A stretch of 64,000 nt of DNA from Myxococcota bacterium (GTDB taxonomy: Bacteria > Myxococcota > UBA4151): assembly GCA_036338695.1 (NCBI GenBank), contig JAYZBQ010000042.1, positions 1 to 64,000 of the forward strand, written 5' to 3'. Below are positions 55,973 to 64,000 of this stretch, piece after piece (the first letter of the stretch is position 1; each line of letters begins with the position of its first letter). A model generated the notes under the pieces. It saw nothing but the letters and a program-made list of their open reading frames with translations, ran no database searches and was not told where the DNA came from. Made by a program: the position numbers and the translations under genes.

Positions 55973-57874
55973 ATGAGCGACCACGTCTTTCTCATCATCG
56001 ACGGCCAAACCAAAGGCCCCTTCTCGCAGCAGCAGATCCGCGACGGCCTGAGCTCAGGCACGATCAACCCCCAGACGCTCGGAGCACTCAGAGGCGGGGC
56101 GGAGTGGAAACCGGTCGCCGAAGTGCTCGACGACCTCGCTCAAGGTGCCGGTGCGCCCAGCGCGACGGAGAACCTGCTCGCTGCGCTGCGCGACCGGCTC
56201 CGTCAGCAAGGCCCGCTCGAGCGGCTCGGCTTATCAGGCGATCCTTCGCCGATGGTTGTCGACAAGACCTACCAACGCCTCAAGGCTCAACTCAAAGAGC
56301 GCTTAGCGAGCTCGCCCACGCCGCGCGGTAAAGCGCTGGCGAAGGAAGCGCTCACGTACCTGAAAGCGGCGGTCGAGCAACTGCGCGACCCGAAAGAGCG
56401 CTTCATCCTCAAGCGCGCTGCCGATCTGGGAGTGGATCCGGCGAAGGATGAGAACCGCAGCTACCTCTCCACGCTCTACTACCGCGACGAGGCTCAGGCG
56501 GCGTTTGATGCAGGGCGTATGAGTGAGGCGCTCGGCTTGTTCGACCAGCTGCTTGAACTCCAACCCGACAACGCTGACGCCGTCTGGCAGCGCGCCCTCG
56601 CCCTGTACCGCAGCGACCCACTGCGCACGCAGGAAGCGCTCAGCGAGCTCAAGCGCTGCTCCAGCACCTGGCCCGACAAAGTGGAGCCGGTCCGTAGCCT
56701 CGCCACCTTACACCTCGAGCTCGGACGGCGCGACGAGGCGAAATCGCTGGCGCGCTCGGCGCTCGAGATCGCCCCGAACGACGCAGAGTCCAAGCGACTC
56801 CTCGATATCCTCTCGGGTAAAATGTCCGCCAGCGCGGCGTCGTCCAGCGGACAACCCGACGTGTCGGGCGAGTTCGCAAACATCAAAGGTGAGGCCGCGA
56901 CCAAGTCGAAAAAGCAACGTAAAAAGGGCTCAAAAAAGGCACCAAAAACGAAGGGCTCAGGGGGCGAATCATCGACAGACTCTCTTGGCTTTGCAAAAGT
57001 CGCGGTCGTCTGTGCGCTCGTGTTCGGCGGGCTCTTCCAGATGGCGCACCAGACCCCGGACTCATGCTTTCCACAGGGCGACCAAGAGTACTTCTTTCAG
57101 CCGGACACCTATTACGATTTTCGAGACCTGCAAGCCGAACAGCTCCCCGGCCAGGCCTGCGCGCCGAGCCTTCACCCCCCTGAAGGCAGCGGTTACTTTA
57201 TCCAGTTCGAAGCGCAGCTCGCGTGTGAGGAGAATCTGGAGGCGGACAACCCGTCCGTGTCTGCGGAGGCGGTGGCAGCCGAGTGCACCTCCATCCCCGT
57301 CGCATCGCCTGGCCACCCGCGGTCATCGGAGACCTCGTTCTTTTACGTTCGCCGCGGCATCTTACTCGGCGCCGGCATCTTATGCATTGCGCTCCTCGGA
57401 TCCGGACGAAGCATCGGCGAGCGCTTTAAAAATCTAGGTTTTGAGCTCGACGGAACGGTGGGTGTTGCGCTTGGGTTCGGCCTGCTTGTCGGCTTTTTCT
57501 CCCCGCTCCAGTTTACCCTTGCGCCCCTTGGCACCTTGCTGGCGCTGACCGCGTTTCATGTGCTGTGCGAGGAGATATTTTTTCGAGGGTTTGTGACCCG
57601 CAAGCTGCTCGACAGCTTTGCAACGCCGCTTGCGCCGGTGGTCCTATCGGGGCTGCTCTTCGGTGTGTACCATATCACCTTCACCAGCTTTTGGTGGATC
57701 ACCCCGATGGCGATCCCAGCTTGGGTCGGGATGGTCACAATCGGCGCCGGTATACCGTACGCAGCCTTGTATGCGCGAAGTAACTCGATCCTGGTACCGC
57801 TGGCAGCTCACCTCTGCGTCAACCTCTTGATGATGTTCCGATCACACGGCGCCGTGAGCGGCCTGTTGGCATAA
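55973..57874 (+). CDS. GYF_2 - J-like - TPR - CPBP (CAAX/Abi) intramembrane protease fusion
   Basis: DGQTKGPFS..W GYF motif, TPRs, a Cys-containing periplasmic loop, and CPBP motifs EEIFFRG, FGVYH and AHLCVN. Confidence 0.85.
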   Translation: MSDHVFLIIDGQTKGPFSQQQIRDGLSSGTINPQTLGALRGGAEWKPVAEVLDDLAQGAGAPSATENLLAALRDRLRQQGPLERLGLSGDPSPMVVDKTYQRLKAQLKERLASSPTPRGKALAKEALTYLKAAVEQLRDPKERFILKRAADLGVDPAKDENRSYLSTLYYRDEAQAAFDAGRMSEALGLFDQLLELQPDNADAVWQRALALYRSDPLRTQEALSELKRCSSTWPDKVEPVRSLATLHLELGRRDEAKSLARSALEIAPNDAESKRLLDILSGKMSASAASSSGQPDVSGEFANIKGEAATKSKKQRKKGSKKAPKTKGSGGESSTDSLGFAKVAVVCALVFGGLFQMAHQTPDSCFPQGDQEYFFQPDTYYDFRDLQAEQLPGQACAPSLHPPEGSGYFIQFEAQLACEENLEADNPSVSAEAVAAECTSIPVASPGHPRSSETSFFYVRRGILLGAGILCIALLGSGRSIGERFKNLGFELDGTVGVALGFGLLVGFFSPLQFTLAPLGTLLALTAFHVLCEEIFFRGFVTRKLLDSFATPLAPVVLSGLLFGVYHITFTSFWWITPMAIPAWVGMVTIGAGIPYAALYARSNSILVPLAAHLCVNLLMMFRSHGAVSGLLA

Positions 57875-57918
57875 ACGAAGATTGTGCTTTGCTATGAAAC
57901 GCGGCAACAGGCGCTCAA

Positions 57919-57993
57919 GGGCCGGTAACTCAGTGGTAGAGTGTCGCCTTTACACGGCGGGTGTCGCTGGTTCGAACCCTGCCCGGCCCACCA
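57919..57993 (+). tRNA. tRNA-Val(TAC)
   Basis: Acceptor GGGCCGG/CCGGCCC, anticodon loop TTTACAC, GGTTCGAACC, encoded CCA; one T:T mismatch in the T stem. Confidence 0.95.
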
Positions 57994-57999
57994 GGCTGG

Positions 58000-58812
58000 T
58001 CACGCTCGGCGCTCAGCGAGGCGTCGAGCGATGACCGCCATCCCAAAGACAGCGATCGCAAAGACGACGTAACCGGGTAGGTCGTGGACCCATCCGTCCC
58101 ACGGGCCGCGCGCCACCCACCGACCGATCCAAACCGACAACGCAACGCGCACGCCGTTGACGACGACAGCTAGGACCGGCGCAGCCGCCAAAAAGATCAG
58201 GTCATGACGCCAACTCAAGCCCGTGCCCAACAACAACAAGACCGCGCCCGTCAAAGCGAAGAGGCCTTCGACCTGATTGAGGCCAGCGCACTGCTCGTTG
58301 ATACGAAGTGGTTCGTACCCCACCTGTCCGGCCGCCACGTTGTGGTGCGCAATGTCGCAAAAGCTCGCACAAGGGATCTTTAGATAGACGGTATCGCCGT
58401 GGAGCGCGTGGTTCAGCTCGTAACTCGGGTCAATCCCAGCCAGCGCACCACCGAGCTCGGCTGTAACCACCTGCAGCGGCCACTGAACAGACGCCGCGAT
58501 CCACGGGTCCCAAGGCAGCGCAAGCAGCGCCATGACCACGGCAGGCCAGCGCTCGATGCGTCGCCATGCGATCCAAGCGACCGAAAAAACAGCGGCGGGC
58601 ATCCAGAAGATGCCCGCAACAGTCACCAAACTGACCACCCCTCCCGGGATGGCGCTGGAGCGGTCCGAACCAGGCGCCCTGACCACGATCACGAGCAGTG
58701 CAAGCACCACCGCGATGCGAAAGGTCAGCAGCGGGTCGGCCGGCTCGAGCCAAATATGCCAGATCGTCGCCCCGCAGGCGACCATCCACTCAGCGAGCTG
58801 GCGGAGGCTCAG
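58000..58812 (-). CDS. Exosortase/archaeosortase-family protein
   Basis: Multi-TM with the Cys-Arg-His triad in family context: INEQCAG, VVNGVR, WVHDLPG. Start ambiguous (CTG 58812 overlapping the upstream stop, ATG 58785, or GTG 58857). Confidence 0.88.
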   Translation of the reverse strand: MSLRQLAEWMVACGATIWHIWLEPADPLLTFRIAVVLALLVIVVRAPGSDRSSAIPGGVVSLVTVAGIFWMPAAVFSVAWIAWRRIERWPAVVMALLALPWDPWIAASVQWPLQVVTAELGGALAGIDPSYELNHALHGDTVYLKIPCASFCDIAHHNVAAGQVGYEPLRINEQCAGLNQVEGLFALTGAVLLLLGTGLSWRHDLIFLAAAPVLAVVVNGVRVALSVWIGRWVARGPWDGWVHDLPGYVVFAIAVFGMAVIARRLAERRA

Positions 58813-58976
58813 CGGCGAGCAGCCCAGAGGCTCGCTGCGCCAACGCCAAGCAGCCACAATGCGGCCGGCTCAGCGCCACCACCGCCGCCACCGCCGCCGC
58901 CGCCGCCGCCTGCAAACGCAGCAGCCGAGACAAGGACCAGCGCAAAGCCGAACACGGGTGCAAAGGTGCGAATCAT
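58809..58976 (-). CDS. 55-aa poly-glycine mini-protein with PEP-CTERM-like sorting signal
   Basis: Hand translation: MIRTFAPVFGFALVLVSAAAFA-GGGGGGGGGGGG-AEPAALWLLGVGAASLWAARR*. RBS GAGGAG; below the ORF-track cutoff. Confidence 0.85.
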   Translation of the reverse strand: MIRTFAPVFGFALVLVSAAAFAGGGGGGGGGGGGAEPAALWLLGVGAASLWAARR

Positions 58977-59045
58977 GAGAACTCCTCTTCCGGCTTGTCT
59001 TGAGAGACATGCCCGTCATGTTTGGTCAACTGTTTCCTCTACGCC

Positions 59046-59061
59046 GCAAGACTTGTGCCAG
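59046..59061 (-). promoter_or_regulatory. Sigma-54 (-24/-12) promoter for the mini-protein/exosortase pair
   Basis: Minus strand CTGGCACAAGTCTTGC = TGGCAC-N5-TTGC, 70 nt upstream of the ATG. Confidence 0.8.
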
Positions 59062-59117
59062 TGACGCAATTATGACGAAACCCCCCTACAAATGGGGTTC
59101 GAGTCCGACCCTCGACA

Positions 59118-59146
59118 CTCAAGTTGACAGAATTCGTCAACTTGAG
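59118..59146. promoter_or_regulatory. Perfect 11-bp inverted repeat: candidate enhancer-binding site (or lon terminator)
   Basis: CTCAAGTTGAC-AGAATTC-GTCAACTTGAG with no U-tract; 57-85 bp upstream of the -24 box. Confidence 0.55.
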
Positions 59147-59148
59147 GC

Positions 59149-61482
59149 TCAAGCATCGACAGGCTCAGGCGCACGCACCGCTCGACTCGTGGGGTCACCC
59201 CATAACACCTCGAGCGCTTCGAAGTAGCTCGCCACAGGGACAAGCTCGAGCGTCGTCGTCAGCTTCTTTGGGAGCGCAGCGACCTCCGCTTGATTTCGCT
59301 CGGGATAGATCACCCGAACCAAACCTTGCCGCTGCGCAGCCAGCAGCTTCTCCCGCAAGCCACCGATGGGCAGAACCAAACCCGTCAGCGTGAGCTCGCC
59401 AGTGATCGCTGTATCGAGGGGTAAGGCTCGATCGCTGAACGCGCTCCAGGCGGCGAGCGCCAACGCGAGCCCGGCGCTTGGCCCCTCCTTAGGCTGCGCC
59501 CCTTCAGGCAAGTGATAGTAGAGGTCCAAGGCGCCAAAATTGACGTCGCTTAAACCCAGCCGCTGCGCGTGAGCACGCAAGAAACCCCACGCGAGCTCCG
59601 CCGACTCGCGCATGACCGCGCCGAGACTACCTGTGGCGTGGAGCCGACCGCTGCCAGCCACTTGCGCCACCTCAACGCGTAGCACGGAGCCGCCGATCTC
59701 GCTCCAGGCAAGCCCGAGTGTCACCCCAGGCACCTGACCACCGCGCTGAGGAAGACGCATCGGCTTGGGCACCCCGAGGTATCGACTCACGCGCGCCAGG
59801 CTGAGGGTCTGTCGACCGTGTGTGCTGACGTGATCGCCGCCCCCACGCTCCAAGCACTCGACCGTTAAGCGACGCGCACAGCGGGCGAGCGCCCGATCCA
59901 ACTGTCGAACCCCCGCCTCCTCGGTGTAGGCGCGTACGATCTGAATGAGCGCCGGCTGCGTGACGTGAACTTGTCCCGGCGCAAAGCCCGCTTCACGAAA
60001 CTGCTTGGGCAGGAGAAAGCGCCTTGCGATCGCTACCTTCTCATCCTCTGAGTAGCCCGCTAAGCGCAGCACCTCGAGCCGGTCCAAGAGAGGCGGCGGT
60101 AGCCGAGACTCCTGATTCGCTGTACACAAGAAGACCACCTCGGACAGATCGACACCGAGCTCAAGGTAATGATCTCGGAAGCTGTGGTTCTGCTCCGGGT
60201 CCAGCACCTCGAGCAACGCCGAGGCCGGGTCACCACGCCGGTTCTGATCGAGCTTATCGATCTCGTCGAGCAACAGCACCGGGTTGCGGCTGTTGGCGCG
60301 CTGCAAAGCGGCGACGATGCGCCCTGGCATCGCTCCCACATACGTGCGGCGGTGACCACGGATCTGTGCTTCATCCGCCACTCCCCCTAAGGCGACACGA
60401 ACAAACTCTCGCCCCATCGCCTCTGCGGTCGACCGCGCCAGCGATGTTTTGCCTACACCGGGCGGTCCCACCAGGCACAACACCGGGCCGCCCGCCGTCG
60501 GGCTCTGTGAGCGCACCGCGAGATACTCAAGAATACGGGCCTTGGGCTCGTTGAGCCCATGATGTGCGCTATCCAAGATGGATGAGGCTTCGTCGAGCGC
60601 CAGCCGGTCCTCCGTGCAGCGCGCCCAGGGCACCTGCAAAACATGCTCAATCCACTGCCGCAGAATGTTCGCCTCAGCGCTCATGTCGTGCATGCGCTCA
60701 AGACGCCGGAGCTCTCGCTCAACTCGATCGCGCGCCGCATCGGGCAGCTCGGCCTCTGCAACCTCCGCCCGGAGTTCGTCCAGCTCGTCGCCTGGCTCAC
60801 GCTGGTCTGTGCCCCGCTCACGCCCCCGAGCTGCTCGTCTGCGCGACTCGGCGCGCCGCTGCTCTTGCCGGTGTGATGCGAGCTCAACCTCCAGCGCTAA
60901 AGCGACCGCCCGTGCACGCGCCGCCAAGTCGAGCTCCTCCAGCAGCTCCTGACGCGCCAACGTGTCGAGGTAGAGCATCTGACACCCCCGGTCGATGACG
61001 CGGTCAAAACGACTCTCCGAGACCAACTCCACCGTTGCATAGCGTTGGCTCACCAGACGATTCACCTCGTTGAGCTTGCTGATGATCAAACGCCGGGCGT
61101 CGCGACCTTGCGTCAAGGGAAGCGTCCCCTGCTCCAATCGCTCCACCATCGCAAAGTATCCGGCTGGGTCGCGATCAAACTCAGCCAGACGCAGCCGCCG
61201 CTCGACCACCAACTCGACCTCACGTGCCCCCTCGGCCGAGTCAGCGTCCACAACGCGGGCGATCCGAGCCTGTACACCGATCGTAAACACATCGGCAGCA
61301 ACCGGGTCATCGACCCTGCGGTCCACCTGCGACACCAGCGCCAGCCTGTGCGTCTCGCTTACGCTCGCTGCGGCCAGCGCCTCGAGCGAAGCCTGACGCC
61401 CCACCCGCAAGGTGGCGGTGGCACCCGGGAACAGCACCAGCTCGCGTAAGGGCAGAACCGGCAAACGCTCCGTTGCCGTCAT
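59149..61482 (-). CDS. lon: ATP-dependent protease La
   Basis: LPVLPLR N-domain, [36 protein letters not shown] (Ser) and IGGLREK (Lys). Confidence 0.95.
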   Translation of the reverse strand: MTATERLPVLPLRELVLFPGATATLRVGRQASLEALAAASVSETHRLALVSQVDRRVDDPVAADVFTIGVQARIARVVDADSAEGAREVELVVERRLRLAEFDRDPAGYFAMVERLEQGTLPLTQGRDARRLIISKLNEVNRLVSQRYATVELVSESRFDRVIDRGCQMLYLDTLARQELLEELDLAARARAVALALEVELASHRQEQRRAESRRRAARGRERGTDQREPGDELDELRAEVAEAELPDAARDRVERELRRLERMHDMSAEANILRQWIEHVLQVPWARCTEDRLALDEASSILDSAHHGLNEPKARILEYLAVRSQSPTAGGPVLCLVGPPGVGKTSLARSTAEAMGREFVRVALGGVADEAQIRGHRRTYVGAMPGRIVAALQRANSRNPVLLLDEIDKLDQNRRGDPASALLEVLDPEQNHSFRDHYLELGVDLSEVVFLCTANQESRLPPPLLDRLEVLRLAGYSEDEKVAIARRFLLPKQFREAGFAPGQVHVTQPALIQIVRAYTEEAGVRQLDRALARCARRLTVECLERGGGDHVSTHGRQTLSLARVSRYLGVPKPMRLPQRGGQVPGVTLGLAWSEIGGSVLRVEVAQVAGSGRLHATGSLGAVMRESAELAWGFLRAHAQRLGLSDVNFGALDLYYHLPEGAQPKEGPSAGLALALAAWSAFSDRALPLDTAITGELTLTGLVLPIGGLREKLLAAQRQGLVRVIYPERNQAEVAALPKKLTTTLELVPVASYFEALEVLWGDPTSRAVRAPEPVDA

Positions 61483-62723
61483 ACGGCCTCTGCGAGCTCT
61501 TCCCGAATCACAACCGGCGCTTCTTGCTCCAGCACCGTGCCCGGTGTGACCACCAACTTGGACACCGTCGGATCGCCCGGAAGATCAAACATCGGCTGCA
61601 TCAGCGCCTCCTCGAGGATCGCTCGAAGCCCGCGTGCGCCCGTGCCGCGATCAAGCGCCTTCTCAGCGATCGCTTCGCAGGCTTCGTCGTCCACGACGAG
61701 CTCAATCTCATCCATCTCAAACAGCGCCTGATACTGCCGCAGCAGCGCGTTGCGCGGCTCGCGCAGGATCCGCACAAGCCCCTCTTTTTGGAGCGGCTCA
61801 AGCGCCGCTGCCACCGGCAACCGGCCGACAAACTCAGGGATCAGGCCATAGGCTAAGAGATCCTCTTGCGTCACCTGGGCGAACAGCTCTGTGGAGGCTT
61901 CGACGCGCTTCGATTGGGCTCCAAACCCGATCTTAGCTCCGCCTAAGCGGCGCGCAATGATCTGCTCAAGCCCCGAAAACGCACCGCCGCAGATGAACAG
62001 GATCTGCGAGGTGTCCACGCGAAAAAAATCGCCATGCGGATGCTTGCGGCCGCCTTTTGTCGGGACCTGAGCGATCGTCCCTTCCATGATCTTGAGCAAC
62101 GCTTGCTGCACGCCTTCCCCGCTGACGTCACGGGTGATCGACGTATTCTCAGACTTACGCGCCACCTTATCGATCTCATCGATGTAGACGATGCCACGCT
62201 CTGCGCGCGCCACGTCGCCATCCGCTGCGTGCACGAGCGCGCCGATCACATTCTCCACGTCGTCACCAACATAGCCCGCTTCCGTCAGAGACGTGGCGTC
62301 AGCGATCGCAAAGGGGACGTCAAGGAAGCGCGACATCGTCCGAGCGAGATGGGTTTTCCCCGTGCCCGTCGGACCGATCAGTAAGATGTTGCTCTTTTCG
62401 AGCTCGACGTCGTCTTCGTCGGGCTCTTGCAACAGCTTGAGCCGCTGATAGTGGTTGTGCACCGCCACCGCGAGCACCTTTTTCGTGTGATCTTGACCGA
62501 CCACATACTCATCGAGCGCCGCCGTGATCTCAGAGGGCGGCGGCAGATCGCTCAGGATGTCTCGTTTTGCCGACGCCTCGGACCCAGAGTCCTCCAGCAA
62601 GTCGGCGCAGAGTTGAACGCATGAATCACAGATCTGAGCCCCTGGCCCGGCGATCAAGTGACGAACTTCAGCCTGAGCCTTTCGGCAGAAGCTGCAGGTC
62701 TTGGCGCGCCCTTCCTCGGTCAC
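61479..62723 (-). CDS. clpX: ClpX ATPase
   Basis: CSFC..ICDSC Zn finger, [25 protein letters not shown] and IGF loop. Confidence 0.98.
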   Translation of the reverse strand: MTEEGRAKTCSFCRKAQAEVRHLIAGPGAQICDSCVQLCADLLEDSGSEASAKRDILSDLPPPSEITAALDEYVVGQDHTKKVLAVAVHNHYQRLKLLQEPDEDDVELEKSNILLIGPTGTGKTHLARTMSRFLDVPFAIADATSLTEAGYVGDDVENVIGALVHAADGDVARAERGIVYIDEIDKVARKSENTSITRDVSGEGVQQALLKIMEGTIAQVPTKGGRKHPHGDFFRVDTSQILFICGGAFSGLEQIIARRLGGAKIGFGAQSKRVEASTELFAQVTQEDLLAYGLIPEFVGRLPVAAALEPLQKEGLVRILREPRNALLRQYQALFEMDEIELVVDDEACEAIAEKALDRGTGARGLRAILEEALMQPMFDLPGDPTVSKLVVTPGTVLEQEAPVVIREELAEAV

Positions 62724-63322
62724 GACGCCTCTTCCTCGTCACGCCGTGCGATCACTTGGTCGATCAAACCGTACGCTGCAGCCTCTTCCGCGCTCATGTA
62801 GTAGTCGCGGTCAGAGTCTTCATGGATCTGCTCCACCGTCTTGCCGCTGGCTTCGGCGAGCAAACCGGCTAAAATTTCTTTGAGCTTCTGGATCTCTTGC
62901 GCCTGAATCTGGATGTCCGACGCCTGCCCCCGGGCACCTCCGAGCGGCTGGTGGATCATCACGCGGCTGTGCGGCAACGCCGAGCGCTTGCCCTTGGTAC
63001 CTGCTGCGAGCAGCACGGCGCCCATCGAGGCGGCCTTGCCGTAACAGATCGTTGCGACGTCCGGCTTGACGTAGTTCATCGCATCGAGGATCGCTAAACC
63101 GTCGTCGACCACGCCGCCCGGGCTGTTGATCATCATGGTGATGTCGGCCTTCGGGTCCTGACTCTCCAAAAACAACAGCTGAGCGACCACCGAGTTGGCG
63201 ACGTGTTCGTTGATGGCGCCGCCGATAAAGATCAGCCGATCCTTGAGCAAGCGCGACCAGATGTCATAGCTTCGCTCGCCGCGGTGGTCTTGTTCAATGA
63301 CGATAGGGGTCAACAGGCTCAT
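62720..63322 (-). CDS. clpP: ClpP protease
   Basis: [24 protein letters not shown] and MIHQPLGG. Confidence 0.98.
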   Translation of the reverse strand: MSLLTPIVIEQDHRGERSYDIWSRLLKDRLIFIGGAINEHVANSVVAQLLFLESQDPKADITMMINSPGGVVDDGLAILDAMNYVKPDVATICYGKAASMGAVLLAAGTKGKRSALPHSRVMIHQPLGGARGQASDIQIQAQEIQKLKEILAGLLAEASGKTVEQIHEDSDRDYYMSAEEAAAYGLIDQVIARRDEEEAS

Positions 63323-64000
63323 GCTTCTTCTTCCTCGCTCGACTCGGCGGGCTCTTCGGTCGCCTCGGCGGCCTCACTCGGGCGGGCAGCGTCGAGCACG
63401 AAGGCCAGCGCCTTTCGTTGACGAAGCTCACCGACGATTTGTTCCATCACCTCAGGCCGGCGCAGCTGCGCCTGCACCTTCGCGAGCGGCTCGCCGCTGC
63501 GCTGGGCGAGCGCTACCATCTCATTAGCGACGTCCTGCGGGCCGGGCTGCAGGTCCTCGGCGTCTGCGATCTCGTCGAGCAGCAGACCCGCCTGGACCGA
63601 GCGAAGCGCCTGTGGCCGCATCTGGTCACGGAACGCGTCGAGGTCCACGCCCATGTCTTTGAGCTGGTCTGGGCTGACGCCTGGCATGGCGCGCGCCAAG
63701 CTGGAATCGAGCTGCCGCTGCACCAGCCCCATCGGCACCTCAAAGGGGTTCGCATCGATCAGCGCCTCGAGCACTGCGTCCTCGAACTGGCGCTCGCTAT
63801 TTTGCTTCGCCATCGCCTCGAGCCGCTCCTTCACGGCGGTCGTCAGCGCCTCCAAATCCTCCGCCTCAAACCCCTTGGCGAACGCATCATCAAGCTCGGG
63901 CAAGGTGGCCGTCTCGAGCTTCTCGACGGAGAAGCTGTGCTTGACGACTTCGCCCGCAAGGTCAGGGTTGGCGTTGTCCTCGGAGAAGGTGATGTCGGCT
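63319..64000 (-). CDS. tig: Trigger factor (5' end beyond window)
   Basis: [15 protein letters not shown]-terminal domain; frame open to the window edge; tig-clpP-clpX-lon synteny. Confidence 0.93.
   Translation of the reverse strand, partial: ADITFSEDNANPDLAGEVVKHSFSVEKLETATLPELDDAFAKGFEAEDLEALTTAVKERLEAMAKQNSERQFEDAVLEALIDANPFEVPMGLVQRQLDSSLARAMPGVSPDQLKDMGVDLDAFRDQMRPQALRSVQAGLLLDEIADAEDLQPGPQDVANEMVALAQRSGEPLAKVQAQLRRPEVMEQIVGELRQRKALAFVLDAARPSEAAEATEEPAESSEEEEA

Noticed and set aside
58399..59064. + strand ORF with a 12-proline run
   Set aside because: It is the antisense of the Gly12 tract. The minus-strand reading has the RBS, signal peptide, sorting tail and promoter.
59094..59106. 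GGGGTTCGAGTCC resembling a tRNA T-arm (possible att remnant)
   Set aside because: No cloverleaf forms and it does not match the 3' end of the nearby tRNA-Val. The match to the Leu tRNAs is only 12 nt.
59470..59500. Lon PKEGPSAG instead of PKDGPSAG as a sign of inactivation
   Set aside because: The change is conservative, and the catalytic Ser and Lys and the Walker motifs are intact.

Overview
GC-rich bacterial chromosome segment. Gene content (Pkn-type kinase, FHA/TPR/GYF proteins, DxG-repeat lipoproteins, atypical T3SS genes) suggests a Myxococcota/deltaproteobacterial organism; this is inference. The housekeeping blocks are ftsE(3' end)-ftsX-envC-S41 protease, ddl-xseA-xseB-dxs, rnr, three tRNAs (Leu-CAG, Leu-TAA, Val-TAC), aidB and tig-clpP-clpX-lon. 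The accessory content is a glycosylation locus with two tandem Thr-type sulfatase-like membrane enzymes, a low-GC adenylate cyclase-STAND-TPR gene beside tRNA-Leu(TAA), a type III secretion needle/chaperone/rod/sigma-28 module without basal-body genes, and a run of large surface proteins. Three observations stand out. (1) An unannotated 55-aa mini-protein (signal peptide + Gly12 + AEP-TM-RR PEP-CTERM-like tail) is coupled to its own exosortase, behind a near-consensus sigma-54 promoter and an 11-bp palindrome. (2) A ~2350-aa secreted protein carries an Arg/Tyr/Trp-rich ~140-aa insert whose six cysteines are spaced symmetrically (3-5-8-5-3) around a WGGWWWRR tip, like a beta-hairpin antimicrobial peptide on a stalk. 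(3) The T3SS needle-like and rod-like genes share an identical sigma-28-type promoter motif. All product calls come from motif reading only; no searches were run.
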